DNA of 64,000 nt from Strigamia acuminata (taxonomy: Eukaryota). The DNA is taken from contig OX442314.1 in the NCBI GenBank assembly GCA_949358305.1, positions 620,001 to 684,000 of the forward strand, given 5' to 3'. A program made the translations under genes and the position numbers. Positions 51,601 through 63,600 of the stretch are shown here, in pieces; within the stretch, counting starts at the first letter, position 1; each line of letters opens with the position of its first letter. Under the pieces are notes generated by a model, which ran no database searches, was not told the origin of the DNA, and saw only the letters and a program-made list of their open reading frames with translations.

Positions 51601-54600
51601 ACTCGCCATTCGTGCGTCCCGTCGAGTAACTCATCCATCCTGGGGCACGGAAAGTGTTCCTTCACCGTTATTTCGTTGAGCGACCTGAAATCAATACAAA
51701 TTCTCCATTCGCCAGTTTTCTTGCGCACCATCACGATCGGACTGTTGAATGGACTCTTTGATCGCGTCACGAATCCTGCTCCTTCCAACTCGGCGACCAT
51801 TTTGTCGATTTCTTTCTGTTGCGCCGCCGAATACTGGTATCGCCGCAAATTCGTTGGCCTTGTCGTTGTAACTTCGATTTCCATCTTGAGATCTGGGAAA
51901 CATCCGACCTCCTCCAAACTCGTAGCGAAGCAGTCTCGAAATTCGTCGTTGATCATCGTCAGCACAATTTCCGTCTCTTCTGGCGTCACCGATTTGCCCA
52001 AATTAATTTCGTCGGCCGTTATTCGCATCCTCGGACTCGCCTCGGTCGTCGCGACTTTCTTGACTTGTACTTGGTGCAACGACGGTTCTTCTTCGGTGAT
52101 TTCAACGTGTCCAAGCTTTCGACCTCGTGTGACTCGTACTTCTTCCGGTCCATCGTTGATTATTGGCATTATTGCCCGCTCGTTCTTTACTTCGATCAAG
52201 CCTTCCGGTACTTCTAATCGATCCGTCACCGCGCGTTCGTTTTCTACGTAAAACAACCCGTCTGATTGATTCTTCGCTCGTACCGTCACCAAACTTATCG
52301 AGTGGGCTGGCACCACTTTGTTCTCGTCGATCACGAGCGCTCGCGGCTTTGCTGCAGTGATTTTCGGCTTGATTCTGGTAATTCCTGCTTCGTCTTGCAT
52401 CCCTTCCCTCGGTCTGAACGTTACGTATCCTCCATCGGACTGCATCGTGATCGTTGGGTGTTTCAAGAATGGCTTCCCTATCCAGACTTCCGTCGGCATC
52501 CTGGCGTCGTCGACCACGTAGAACTCGACATCCGCCAATTTCACGTTTGCGCTTTCTACATCACATCTCGTTCGCCCGCGGTAGCGACTTGCGTCTTGAT
52601 TAAATCCCTCGATCACGAATTCGTAGTCCGGCTCCTCGATTTTCGTACGTTTCGCAAACGTCTTACTAATTAGACACACGGCGCTTTGCGTATCGATTCC
52701 CGCGCTGCATTTCTTTCCATCGACCCACATCATGGTCTCGAATTCTGGCTGCATCTCCTCGGCTTCGATCTTGTAAATCTTCTTCGTCTTAACGTCCAAC
52801 TTGTCCTTCGATGGCTGCTTCCGCTCTTTCTTTGGCTCTGGGCACGTGTTCGCCATGTGCCCAAATCCGCTACAATTAAAACATTTTGTCCCGTTTGGGC
52901 ACGCGTTCGATAAATGCCCTGACTCGTGACATTTAAAACACTTCAACTCGTTTGGACAGTCCTCCTTTCGGTGCCCCTTCTCGCCGCATTTGTAACACTT
53001 GATCATCGCGTTCCCGGTTGGCTTCGCTGTAGATGTCTTCACTTTTGTTTCGACGATCGCGACTTTGGTCCGCGCTTCCACGCTTCGCATCGTTCGGACG
53101 ATTTCGGTGATATGTTGGTACTGGAGAAAATACATTGGCGCCGTGGCGGTCTTGAGTTTTAGCCCGTCTAACAAATATTCCTGTGCGTCCCCGATCGTCA
53201 TTCCCAACTTTTCGCACGTGGCCCATTTCCGTCGTAAATAGGTTTCGGCCGTCTCGTCGTTCTTCTGCGGTGCCCGAATCAACCTTTCTTTCTCGTCGTA
53301 TGTTAGTCGTTGATCCGGAAAATTCTTCTTCAACTCGGCCTCCCACGCGTCAAATTTCCGTATCGTCGTTCCGGAATTTTCGTGCCATACCTTCGCCGGA
53401 CCATCCAACGCCGCCGCCGCCGTCGTTACTTTGGTTGCGTTCGTCCACTTGTATTCTTTCGCGTATTCGTGAACGTCCGCTAACCACTGCGTCGTTGTCC
53501 GCAACTCGTTCTGGTCTCCCGAAAATCGTGGCAGTTTCGGCGCGTTTTTCACTTCCTTCGGCTCTTTTGGCGCCTCTGGTTTCGTCTGCATCGCTAGCAT
53601 CGTCGCCATCATTTGCTTCATCATCTCTTGTACTTGATCCGCACTAAATCCGCCGTTCGTCATCGCTTGTACCGGTGGGTTTTCTTCTATCTCCGGATCG
53701 TTGTCTTCTACTTTCTCTTCGTCTTTCTCTTCTTCTTCTTCGTCGTCTTCTTCGTCTACGATCCCTAGTTCCGTAGCTACAGCTGCTCGTAATGCGGTCA
53801 ACATTTTGCATTTTATCCTCGGCGATGCAATGTTCCGCTCTGCTAATAGTGGTTTCAGATCTTTTACTCTTAACATCTCCCACTCAACTCCGCTTGGAAA
53901 TTCTCCACGCTCGATCTTCTCTACGACTGCTTTGATCTCGGCCATTTCTTCTTCGTAATTCGGCTAACCCTCGTAACACGTGTTTATCCCAGCGAATCGT
54001 CTCTTGATTCCCGAACCGTCCACGCGCTATTTGCTACCCGAATTTCGCTTCTGCCGCCGAAAACAATCGCCTTCTACTTTCGTCTACTTTCGTCTACTTT
54101 ATCGTCGCATCGAATTCGTCTATCCCACTTCTGATGTAAACTTATTAAAGCTGACTCCAAATAAACAAAATGGCGGACCCGCTGGTCCGCGACGCACACA
54201 CTAGCTTGTTAAATTCAAAGTGATCTTTATTACAAATTATTACATTTAAATATGAGACTGGTCAGCCCTGATTGGCTGACCACAAGGAACAGCCCCCAAT
54301 TGGCTGTCTACCCCCAAAACGTCTATCGGACATATTCGCGTATGTCCGCCCGCCCTCTGGCGACCGTTGTCGCCTGTCGAAACCCCAAAACTCCACATTA
54401 AGTTAAATTATTAATGAATTAAGTAAACAATAAATAATATGGACTAAACAATAACAATAACTTTTTTTGATTAGCAATAAATATTTTGTAATTTTTGCCA
54501 CCCTTTGCTATCATTGTTGACTCCATACAACATTGTAATGTCAAAAATACGTGGTCAAGTTTATCTTTCGGCCACATTTATTTTTATTTGAAGACACATT

Positions 54601-57600
54601 GGCAGGCAGTGTTGGGCATGGTACAGTACCGGTACCATACCGCAGTCTGTACCACAGCCTGTACCGCGGTACTTTCCGAAGTCTACGGTAGTACCGCGCA
54701 CTTGTACCGCGGTACTTTTGGCGCCCTTCAGTACTGGTACCGGAATTTGCGGTACTCAGGAAAACGCAAGAAAACACGAGATTCACGTGTTTTCTCCCGT
54801 TTTTCACGTTAATTTAAACATCAATAAGTTGTGAACAGTTTAAACTCACTTGAAACGAGTGTACACATACACTTTTTGACTTTAACGTGGAAAACGGGAG
54901 AAAACACTTGAATCACGCGTTTTCTCGTGTTTTCCCGAGTACCGCGAGATGTACCACAAATCCCGGTACCGGTACTGTACCAGGACCGCAGTACTTTTTG
55001 CAGAAGCTGCAAGTACCGCGTACTTGTACCGTGGTACACGTTAGGTGTACGGCGCCCAACACTGTTGGCAGGAATATATCCTTCATTAAATCATTATATT
55101 GTTTTTTAACTTCTTGCCAAATTCATAAAATAGTTGGTCGATTAACTTCAACTTTGCCTGCAATTTCATTAATGGTGCCACGACTCAACTTATTCCTAAC
55201 ATTGCTTTGTTTCAGCAAGAGCTGTAGTGTACAATTTTGCTGATTATCAGTTAACCTTCCCATAGCCATGGTAGGTCAGAAAAATAACAAAAGTAGCAAA
55301 ATAACTGTAACTCTGTTTTTCCTGAAAATTAATTTAGGGAACCAGCTTTAATTCCTCCAAAAATATTTTTTCTAAATTTATATTAATTAAGTTTTAATAT
55401 TATTTCGATTAGGAATAAGATAAACTAATAATAACAATAACATTTACAACACAAAACACCATTACGTGAGCGCCGTACACTGTTTTGCCACTTTTTAGCA
55501 CTAGGCGGTATATTGAAACAATTCTGCGCATGTGCACAATCTTACTTTTCCAGGTGCAATCGCATTTTTTCTGGTTTGAGCACATTAAAACATGTGCTGA
55601 GGCCAGGAAAAATGCGATTGCACCTGGAGAAATAAGATTCTGCACATGCGCAGAAGCATTTTAAAAGAAGGCCGATTTGACCGACCACAGCTAGCAATGG
55701 TGGAAATTAGGCTTGGCTATGGGAAGGTTAATTGCTTCAATTGTGTCATTTTTCTTTGGAAACGAATTCATTTTCTCTTTACTTTAAGCACACCAGGTGT
55801 CACTTAATGTTGAGTGCATTACGAGAAGACCCAACTCAGCAATAACGAAAGGATAGAACTAATTACCCACAATGCCATCAATTGATCAGCAAGTGCACTT
55901 AATTTTGAACGAAATTCAGTTAAAATGTCTTAGAAATATACAAAACCAACGATAATCGAGAATTCTTTTGAGAAATGTATACCACAATTTAAAACAGAGG
56001 GAGTAATTGTTAATTGTTAAATTACTTTATTCTTCTTAAGCGCCAACTCGGCGGTTTTGTTGTTCGACTTCTGCGCCTTGTCGACTTTCTTCAACTTGTC
56101 CTCCAAGTCGTCGACAAAGTTCTCCGCCTTCTGCACGCTCTCGTCCAGCTCGGTGAGCCTGACGCACAGAGCGTCGAGCCGGGCCGCCGAAGCCTTGAAC
56201 TGGACGCAATTCCTGACGAATTCCACCTGCAACGTTTCGTTCTCCACCGCGCTCAAATTCGACTGAACCTGCTCAGCCGCACCTTCGATATCCTAACGAC
56301 CAAAAAACCAATTAATACAACAAAATTCTATCCAAAAATTGTACGAATACTTTGTATTTATCCAGCGTGGCTTTCACGTCTCTGTAGCAGCCGAGCTGCT
56401 CGGCCGACGCCACCTGGCGCTGCACGCGGGTAAACTCGTCAAGCAGCAGCGCCGCGTTGGATTCGGCGGCGAATTGCGACACGCCGACCTGTTGGAACAA
56501 ACTTTCCACGTGGCGAATGTCGCTCTCGAGTCTCCCTTCCAACGTCTTGAGGTACTTGGCGTCCAGCACGGGCACGAGATTCAAGCGTTTCAGTTTGAGG
56601 CGCAGTTTGTCGAAAAGCGTTTGCTGCCGAATCAACCCGTTCTTCAATTCCTGCGAAACAAAACGATTAAAACAATTCAAGATTTATTGATTATTTATTA
56701 ATTCTACCCAGAAATGCAACAAATTTTTGACGTCGGCCGCGCATTTGCCCGCTGCGACTTGCTTGAGGTGCGTTTCGATGCGTTTCACTTCGTGCGCGGC
56801 AAAGTTGAGCCAGCACTCCAACTCGTCCTTCATCTTCTCGCACTCCTGCCACCCCTCCTGCACGTGCGCCATCCTCCTAAGCGCCCCGTTCACGCGGTCG
56901 TGGAGGACGGTCCAGAGTGCGCGCAACTCGTCCAAGCGAGCGGCCAGCGGCGTCTCTTGTATCAAACACAAAAGCTGACCCTCGCTCAGCGAAATGCCTT
57001 CGATCTCCCCGCACGCTCCCAGCAAATCGAAATCCAAATTCTATAAATATAAATATAATTATAAATCTTACTCATTAGTTGTTGAATTAACGTTTCTGGG
57101 CTAGTTTTGGTGTTTAGTTTTTGACGAGATATGTTCTAGGCTTTTTCTACCGGTATTTATCGGTATCAAAAACCGGTATTTTTTAAGAAAATACCAAATA
57201 CCAAATACCATCTTTAGTTCGGTATTGGTACCGGTTTCTTCCGTCGGGGGTCGCCGCAGTAGTGACATTTATAAAGCACGTTTAATGGCATTTTTTTAAA
57301 CATAAAAATGCAAAGTTATCGATTTTTAACTAAAAAATTTGAGTTTTTCAATTTTTATACGTAAAAATTAGAAATTGATCAATTTTTTTCCAAATAAAAA
57401 TGAGAATATATCAATTTTTAACTTAAAAATGAGAATATTATTGATTTTTTAACCTAAAAATGAGAATTTATCAATTTTTTAACTTAAATATGAGAACATA
57501 TCAATTTTTTAACTTAAAAATGAGAATATATCAATTTTTTAACTTAAAAATGAGAATTTATCAAATTTCCTAACTTATTTAATCTTACGAACTTTCAATT

Positions 57601-60600
57601 TATTAATTTAAAAAAATATATATTAAATTTCAACTAATAAAACCAACACCAGATAACATAACATAATCCCACATTCATCAAACTGCTACAACATATTCAG
57701 AATAATATTGAAAAGAAAATAAACAAAAATTACAATCAAAACATTACAATTAAAATAATAATATTTAACATCGTAGCTATTTTATTTTACTTTATTACCG
57801 AAAAATACCGGTTTACCGGTGTTTTTGAGTACCGGTATTCAATACCGAAATACCGGTTTACCGGTGTTTTTGAGTACCGGTATTCAATACCGAAATACCG
57901 GTTTTACCAAAAGTCCCGATTTGGAGAAACCCTATATGTGACACACTCATCAATTTTTGTCCCAATTACAACTAATGATTAATTTAATTTAAAGGTGTAT
58001 AGAAATAAAAAATAAGAAATTACTTGATAGATGGCGATGTTGGAGTCCAGCGATTGAGGCGTGACGGACGTCAACGCCGGATCCGCCAACTTGTCCTCCA
58101 CCAAACGCAGCACCTGTTCGACGGCAGAGACTTGCGCTTCCAGTCGAGTCCACCCGGCGAGCAAATGGTCGAGGCGCTGACCATGCAGTGTGCCGCGCGC
58201 CAAAACCTCGCGAGCGCGTTCCTGCAGCTCCGAGTGGAGCGCCCGACACCCCTCCCGAGTGACCGCATCCGTCATCAGCGAAAGAGAATCCAACAGCGAG
58301 TGATACTGATTGGTCAAAGCGAACAACTCCTTCTGGCGCGTCGCGTTCTCCCGCAGCCCGTCCACAGTCGATGGACTCAAGTCCGCGTTCAGCGTCAACT
58401 CAGCGGCGTCCAATATTTGCCGATACTCGTCCAATAGCTTCCGGTACTGCTCCTGGAACCCCTCCTCCTGCATCAAACCATCCTTGTAGCGTCGCAACTG
58501 CAGCTCCAGTTTGCGAATGTCCAGTTTGGCCGTGGTCAGCAAAGGATTGGTTCCAAGACCCGGATGGTTGGTCAGTAGCGCGTCTCCGACCTCTCCGAGT
58601 CGGTTGAAATTGTTGTGGCAAATTTCGATCCGATTTTCCAATTGCTAGAATAAAATAAACGAATTAATCTCTTTTTCATTGCAACTTTCGTCGCACTTTA
58701 CTTCCAACTGCGCAATGTTTTCGCTCGGCGTCGACTGCACTTGACAAATCTGCTCGAACCGTGCACGAATTTGCGCCAATTCGGCCCCGTATTCGGCGAC
58801 TCGTTCCTGCAAAAGCAAATAAACAACATTTTATTTATTTTTCATTTTAGGTCCATTCAAAGTTAAAATCCAAATTTGACTTATCATAATCCAAATTATC
58901 AATAATTCATCTAACTTGTAAGTCATTCGGCTAAACTCCATCTAAAATGAATAGTTATTTGGCTGACGTGGCTGAAATGTCTTACCAGCGATTCGTTCCC
59001 CTTTCGCCGAATCCCGTTTTCTATTTTCGGCGAAATGGGAATTCCCGTTTCGCCGAAAATGAAAAAAGTGAGGAATCGATCAATTTTTCAAACTTTTCGT
59101 TTTTCCACATATCCACACAATTTCCACTTTGGAAACTGCGACTACGTGTATTTTGGGTTTAATTCCTAAGAAGGGCTAACCAGGGGGGCTGCGTCCCCCC
59201 TTGACCCCCCGCGAACCTAACCTTACTGGTTTTTTGATGCAAAACCATTTTTTGTGTGGAAGTGTGGAAAAACGAAAAATTGGAAAAATTGATCGATTAC
59301 TCACTTTTTTCATTTTCGGCGAAAAGGGAATTCCAGTTTCGCGAAAAGAGAATTCCAGTTTCGGCGAAAAGGGAATTCCAGTTTCGGCGAAACAGGATTC
59401 GGCGAAAGGAGACATTACCCTTACCAGCCACAGGAAATGATAATTTAATTGCAATAAGTAGCTTATTGATAAGTCACTCCAATCAAGACTTATCAATAAG
59501 TGGCTGATTGATAAATTCCTCCAATCATGACTGAGCACATGACTTATTTGGCCACTGGAATAAGTTATTCAAGATGGATACCCCCAGTCAGTCTACCATG
59601 AAAAGAAAAATACCTCGGCAAAGGCAAGATTAGTAATTGCTGACATTTTTAAGCACAAATTCATGTTTGAATTATTGATAATTCAGATTATGATAAGTCA
59701 AAATTGGATTTTAACTATTTATTTTCATTTATTTTTATTTACTCACCAGGTAAACATTCCATTCGTTCTGCACCGATTTGATCTGCTCCGAATTGCGATT
59801 CGTTTCGGCACGCAACGTTTCGATCTGTCCGCCCATGAGCTCGGCCGCCCGCGAGAAATATCGCTGCGTCGGCTCCGACTTGGCGTCGCACTTCAACACC
59901 TCGATCTGGCGCGACAAAACGGCCAAAGTCTCCGTGACGACCGCAAACTGTTGGAGCCGCCACTGCAAATCCACGTTCTGCTCCACGATGAACACGTAGT
60001 ACTGCACCGACTCGAGCCACTGCACGACCGTTTCTACGATGCTCGTCCACCGCTCGTCCGTGCGCGACTCGAGCAGCCATTCCCGGACTTGCGTCTCCAT
60101 CTGCAGCGGCGTCGGCGGCACGAGCGACGTCGACTCGGCCGGCAACAAGCTCTGCCGTCTTCCCCTCTCCAACAGCTGCGCGTGGTGTTGCAGTTTGTCG
60201 ATCGTGCTTTTCCACCGACTCTTTTCTTCTTCCTCCAAACTCACAGACGACATATGCGCTGTTTTGGGCTTGTTCAGTTGACCGAGCGTCGCCTTTGACT
60301 CCGGTTCGACGCGTCCTTCCGTGTATTTCTCTTTCTTATATGTTTTCTTCTCTTTTCTTCTGCTCGGTCGCTCTCGCGCGGTTTCTTGCTGTTCTTTGGA
60401 AGTTTGGGTGACGTGCTGAGAAGCCTCTTCTTTTGGCACTGATTTGTGTTGTTGGTCTTTGTCGGTAGGAACAGGCTTGGTGAGTGGTTTCTCTGCGACT
60501 TTCGTCACTACGAGGGTTTGCCCAACAACTTGGGAAAACTCTTGTGTGGCTTTTGCTTTTTCTTTTGGGGTTTTTGTGTCTGGTTCTTGCGTGATTTGTG

Positions 60601-63600
60601 TTTCTTCTGCTGTTGACTTTTGTTCAGCAATTTTGGTCACTACGAGGGTTTGCCCAACGACATGGGAAAACTCTTGTATGGCTTTTGATTGTTCTTTTGG
60701 GGTTTTTGTATCTGGTTCTTGGATCTCTGTTGGTCTGGCTTCTTCTACAGTTGGTTTTGTAATTGGCTTTTGTTCGGCAATTTTGGCCACTACGAGGGTT
60801 TGCCCAACGACTTGGGAAAACTCTTGTGTGGGTTTTGCTTTTGCTTTTGAGGTTTTTGTATCTGGTTCTTGGATCTCTGTTGATCTGGTCTCTTCTGCAG
60901 TTGGTTTTGTTATTTGCTTTTGTTCAGCAATTTTGGTCACCACGAGGGTTTGCCCAACGACTTGGGAAAACTCTTGTGTGGGTTTTGCTTTTTGTTTTGG
61001 GGTTTTCTTGTCTGGTTCTTGGATCTCTGTTGATCTGGTCTCTTCTGCAGTTGGTTTTGTTATTTGCTTTTGTTCAGCAATTTTGGTCACTACGAGGGTT
61101 TGCCCAACGACTTGGGAAAACTCTTGTGTGGGTTTTGCTTTTGCTTTTGAGGTTTTTGTATCTGGTTCTTGGATCTCTGTTGATCTGGTCTCTTCTGCAG
61201 TTGGTTTTGTTATTTGCTTTTGTTCAGCAATTTTGGTCACCACAAGGGTTTGCCCAACGACTTGGGAAAACTCTTGTGTGGGTTTTGCTTTTTGTTTTGG
61301 GGTTTTCTTGTCTGGTTCTTGTGTGATTTGACCTTCTGTTAATCTGGTCTCTTCTACAGTTGGTTTTGTCGTTTGCTTTTGTTCAACAATTTTGGTCACT
61401 ACGAGGGTTTGTCCAACGACTTGGGAAAACTCTTGTGTGGATATTGCTTTTTCTTTTGGGGTTTTTGTGTCTGGTTCTTGCATAATTTGTGTGTCTTCTA
61501 CAGTTGGTTTTGTTGTTTGCTTTTGTTCAGCAATTTTGGTCACTACGAGGGTTTGTCCAACAACTTGGGAAAACTCTTGTGTGGATTTTGCTTTTTCTTT
61601 TGGGGTTTCTGTGTCTGGTTCTTGCATAATTTGTGTGTCTTCTACAGTTGATTTTGTTGTTTGCTTTTGTTCAGCAATTTTGGTCACTACAAGGGTTTGT
61701 CCAACAACTTGGGAAAACTCTTGTGTGGCTTTTGATCTGTGTTTTGGGGTTTTCTTGTCTGGTTGTTGCGTGATTTGGATCTGTTTTTCTTCTACAGCTG
61801 GTGTTGTTGTTTTCTTTTGTTTAGCCTGCTGTTCATGTTTAGGTGCAACTTGAGCTTCTTTTGTTTGTTTGGCTTCATCGCCTTTCTGATTAATTCCTTC
61901 TGTTAGTTTTCTTTCTTCGATAGTTTTTTCGGCTTTTCTTTTACGTTCGTCTGCCACTTCTTCAAGTTTTTTGACAACTAATGTTTTGGCTTCTTGTTCA
62001 GCTAACTCTTTAACTTCCTGTTCAGCGTTCTCTTTGGCTTCCTTTTGAGCCTTCAATTTAGCCTCCTCTTCGGCTTTTGTTTTAGATTCTTCAGTAGCTT
62101 TCCTTTTCGCTTCTTTAGCAACTTTCTTTTTATCTTCCTGTTCAGCTTTCCTTTTAGCTTCTTCAGCAGCATTCAATTTAGCATCTGCTTCAACTTTCAA
62201 TTTTGTTTCTATTTCAGCTTTCAATTTAGCTGCTTCTTCGGCTTTCTTTTTAGCTTCTTTAGCAGCATTCAATTTAGCTTCTGTTTCAGCCTTCAATTCA
62301 GCTTCCGCTTCGGCTTTCTTTTTAGCTTCCACTTCAGCCTTTAATTTAGCATCTGCTTCAGCTTTACTTTTAGCTTCCGCTTCAGCCTTCAACTTAGCTT
62401 CCTCTTCGGCTTTCTTTTTGGCTTCCTGTTCAGCCTTCAATTTGGCTTCTGCTTCGGCTTTCTTTTTAGCTTCCGCTTCAGCCTTTAATCTAGCTTCTTG
62501 TTCAGCCTTCAATTTAGCATCTAGTTCAGCCTTCAATTTAGCTTCCTGTTCAGCCTTCGATTTAGCTTCCGCCTCGGCTTTCTTTTTAGCTTCAGCTTCA
62601 GCCTTCAATTTCGCTTCTTGTTCAGCCTTCAATTTGGCTTCCACTTCGGCTTTCTTTTTAGCTTCTTGTTCAGCCTTCAATTTGGCTGCTGCTTCAGCTT
62701 TCTTAGCTTCCTGTTCAGCCTTCAATTTAGCTGCTGCTTCAGCTTTCTTAGCTTCCTGTTCAGCCTTCAATTTAGCTTCCACTTCGGCTTTCTTCTTAGC
62801 TTCTTGTTCGGCCTTCAATTTAGCATTTAGTTCAGCCTTCAATTTGGCTTCCGCTTCAGTTTTCTTCTTAGCTTCTTCTTCAGCCTTCAATTTAGCATCT
62901 AGTTCAGCCTTCAATTTGGCTTCCGCTTCGGCTTTCTTCTTAGCTTCTTGTTCAGCCTTCAATTTAGCATCTAGTTCAGCCTTCAATTTGGCTTCCACTT
63001 CGGCTTTCTTCTTAGCTTCTTGTTCAGTCTTCAGTTTAGCTTCCTGTTCAGCCTTCAATTTAGCTTCCGCTTCAGCTTTCCTTTTCGCTTCCGCTTCAGC
63101 TTTTAATTTAGCTTCTTGTTCAGCCTTCAATTTAGCATCTACTACAGCCTTCAATTTGGCTTCCACTTCGGCTTTCTTCTTAGCTTCTTGTTCAGCCTTC
63201 AATTTAGCATCTAGTTCAGCTTTCAATTTAGCTTCCACTTCGGCTTTCTTTTTAGCTTCTTGTTCAGCCTTCAGTTTAGCTTCCTGTTCAGCCTTCAATT
63301 TAGCATCTAATTCAGCTTTCAATTTAGCTTCCACTTCGGCTTTCTTTTTAGCTTCTTGTTCAGCCTTTAGTTTAGCTTCCTGTTCAGCCTTCAATTTAGC
63401 ATCTAGTTCAGCTTTCAATTTAGCTTCCACTTCGGCTTTCTTTTTAGCTTCTTGTTCAGCCTTCAGTTTAGCTTCCTGTTCAGCCTTCAATTTAGCTTCC
63501 GCTTCAGCTTTCCTTTTAGCTTCCGCTTCAGCCTTTAATTTAGCTTCTTGTTCAGCCTTCAATTTAGCTTCTTGTTCAGCCTTCAATTTAGCTTCTTGTT

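Larger units (their letters stand above)
48867..56003. mobile_element. Tc1/mariner (Stowaway-like TIR) element hosting three later insertions
   Basis: TA|cttcctctgtcccaaattatggtatacattt and aaatgtataccacaatttaaaacagagggag|TA form an imperfect inverted repeat of about 31 bp. Confidence 0.7.
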
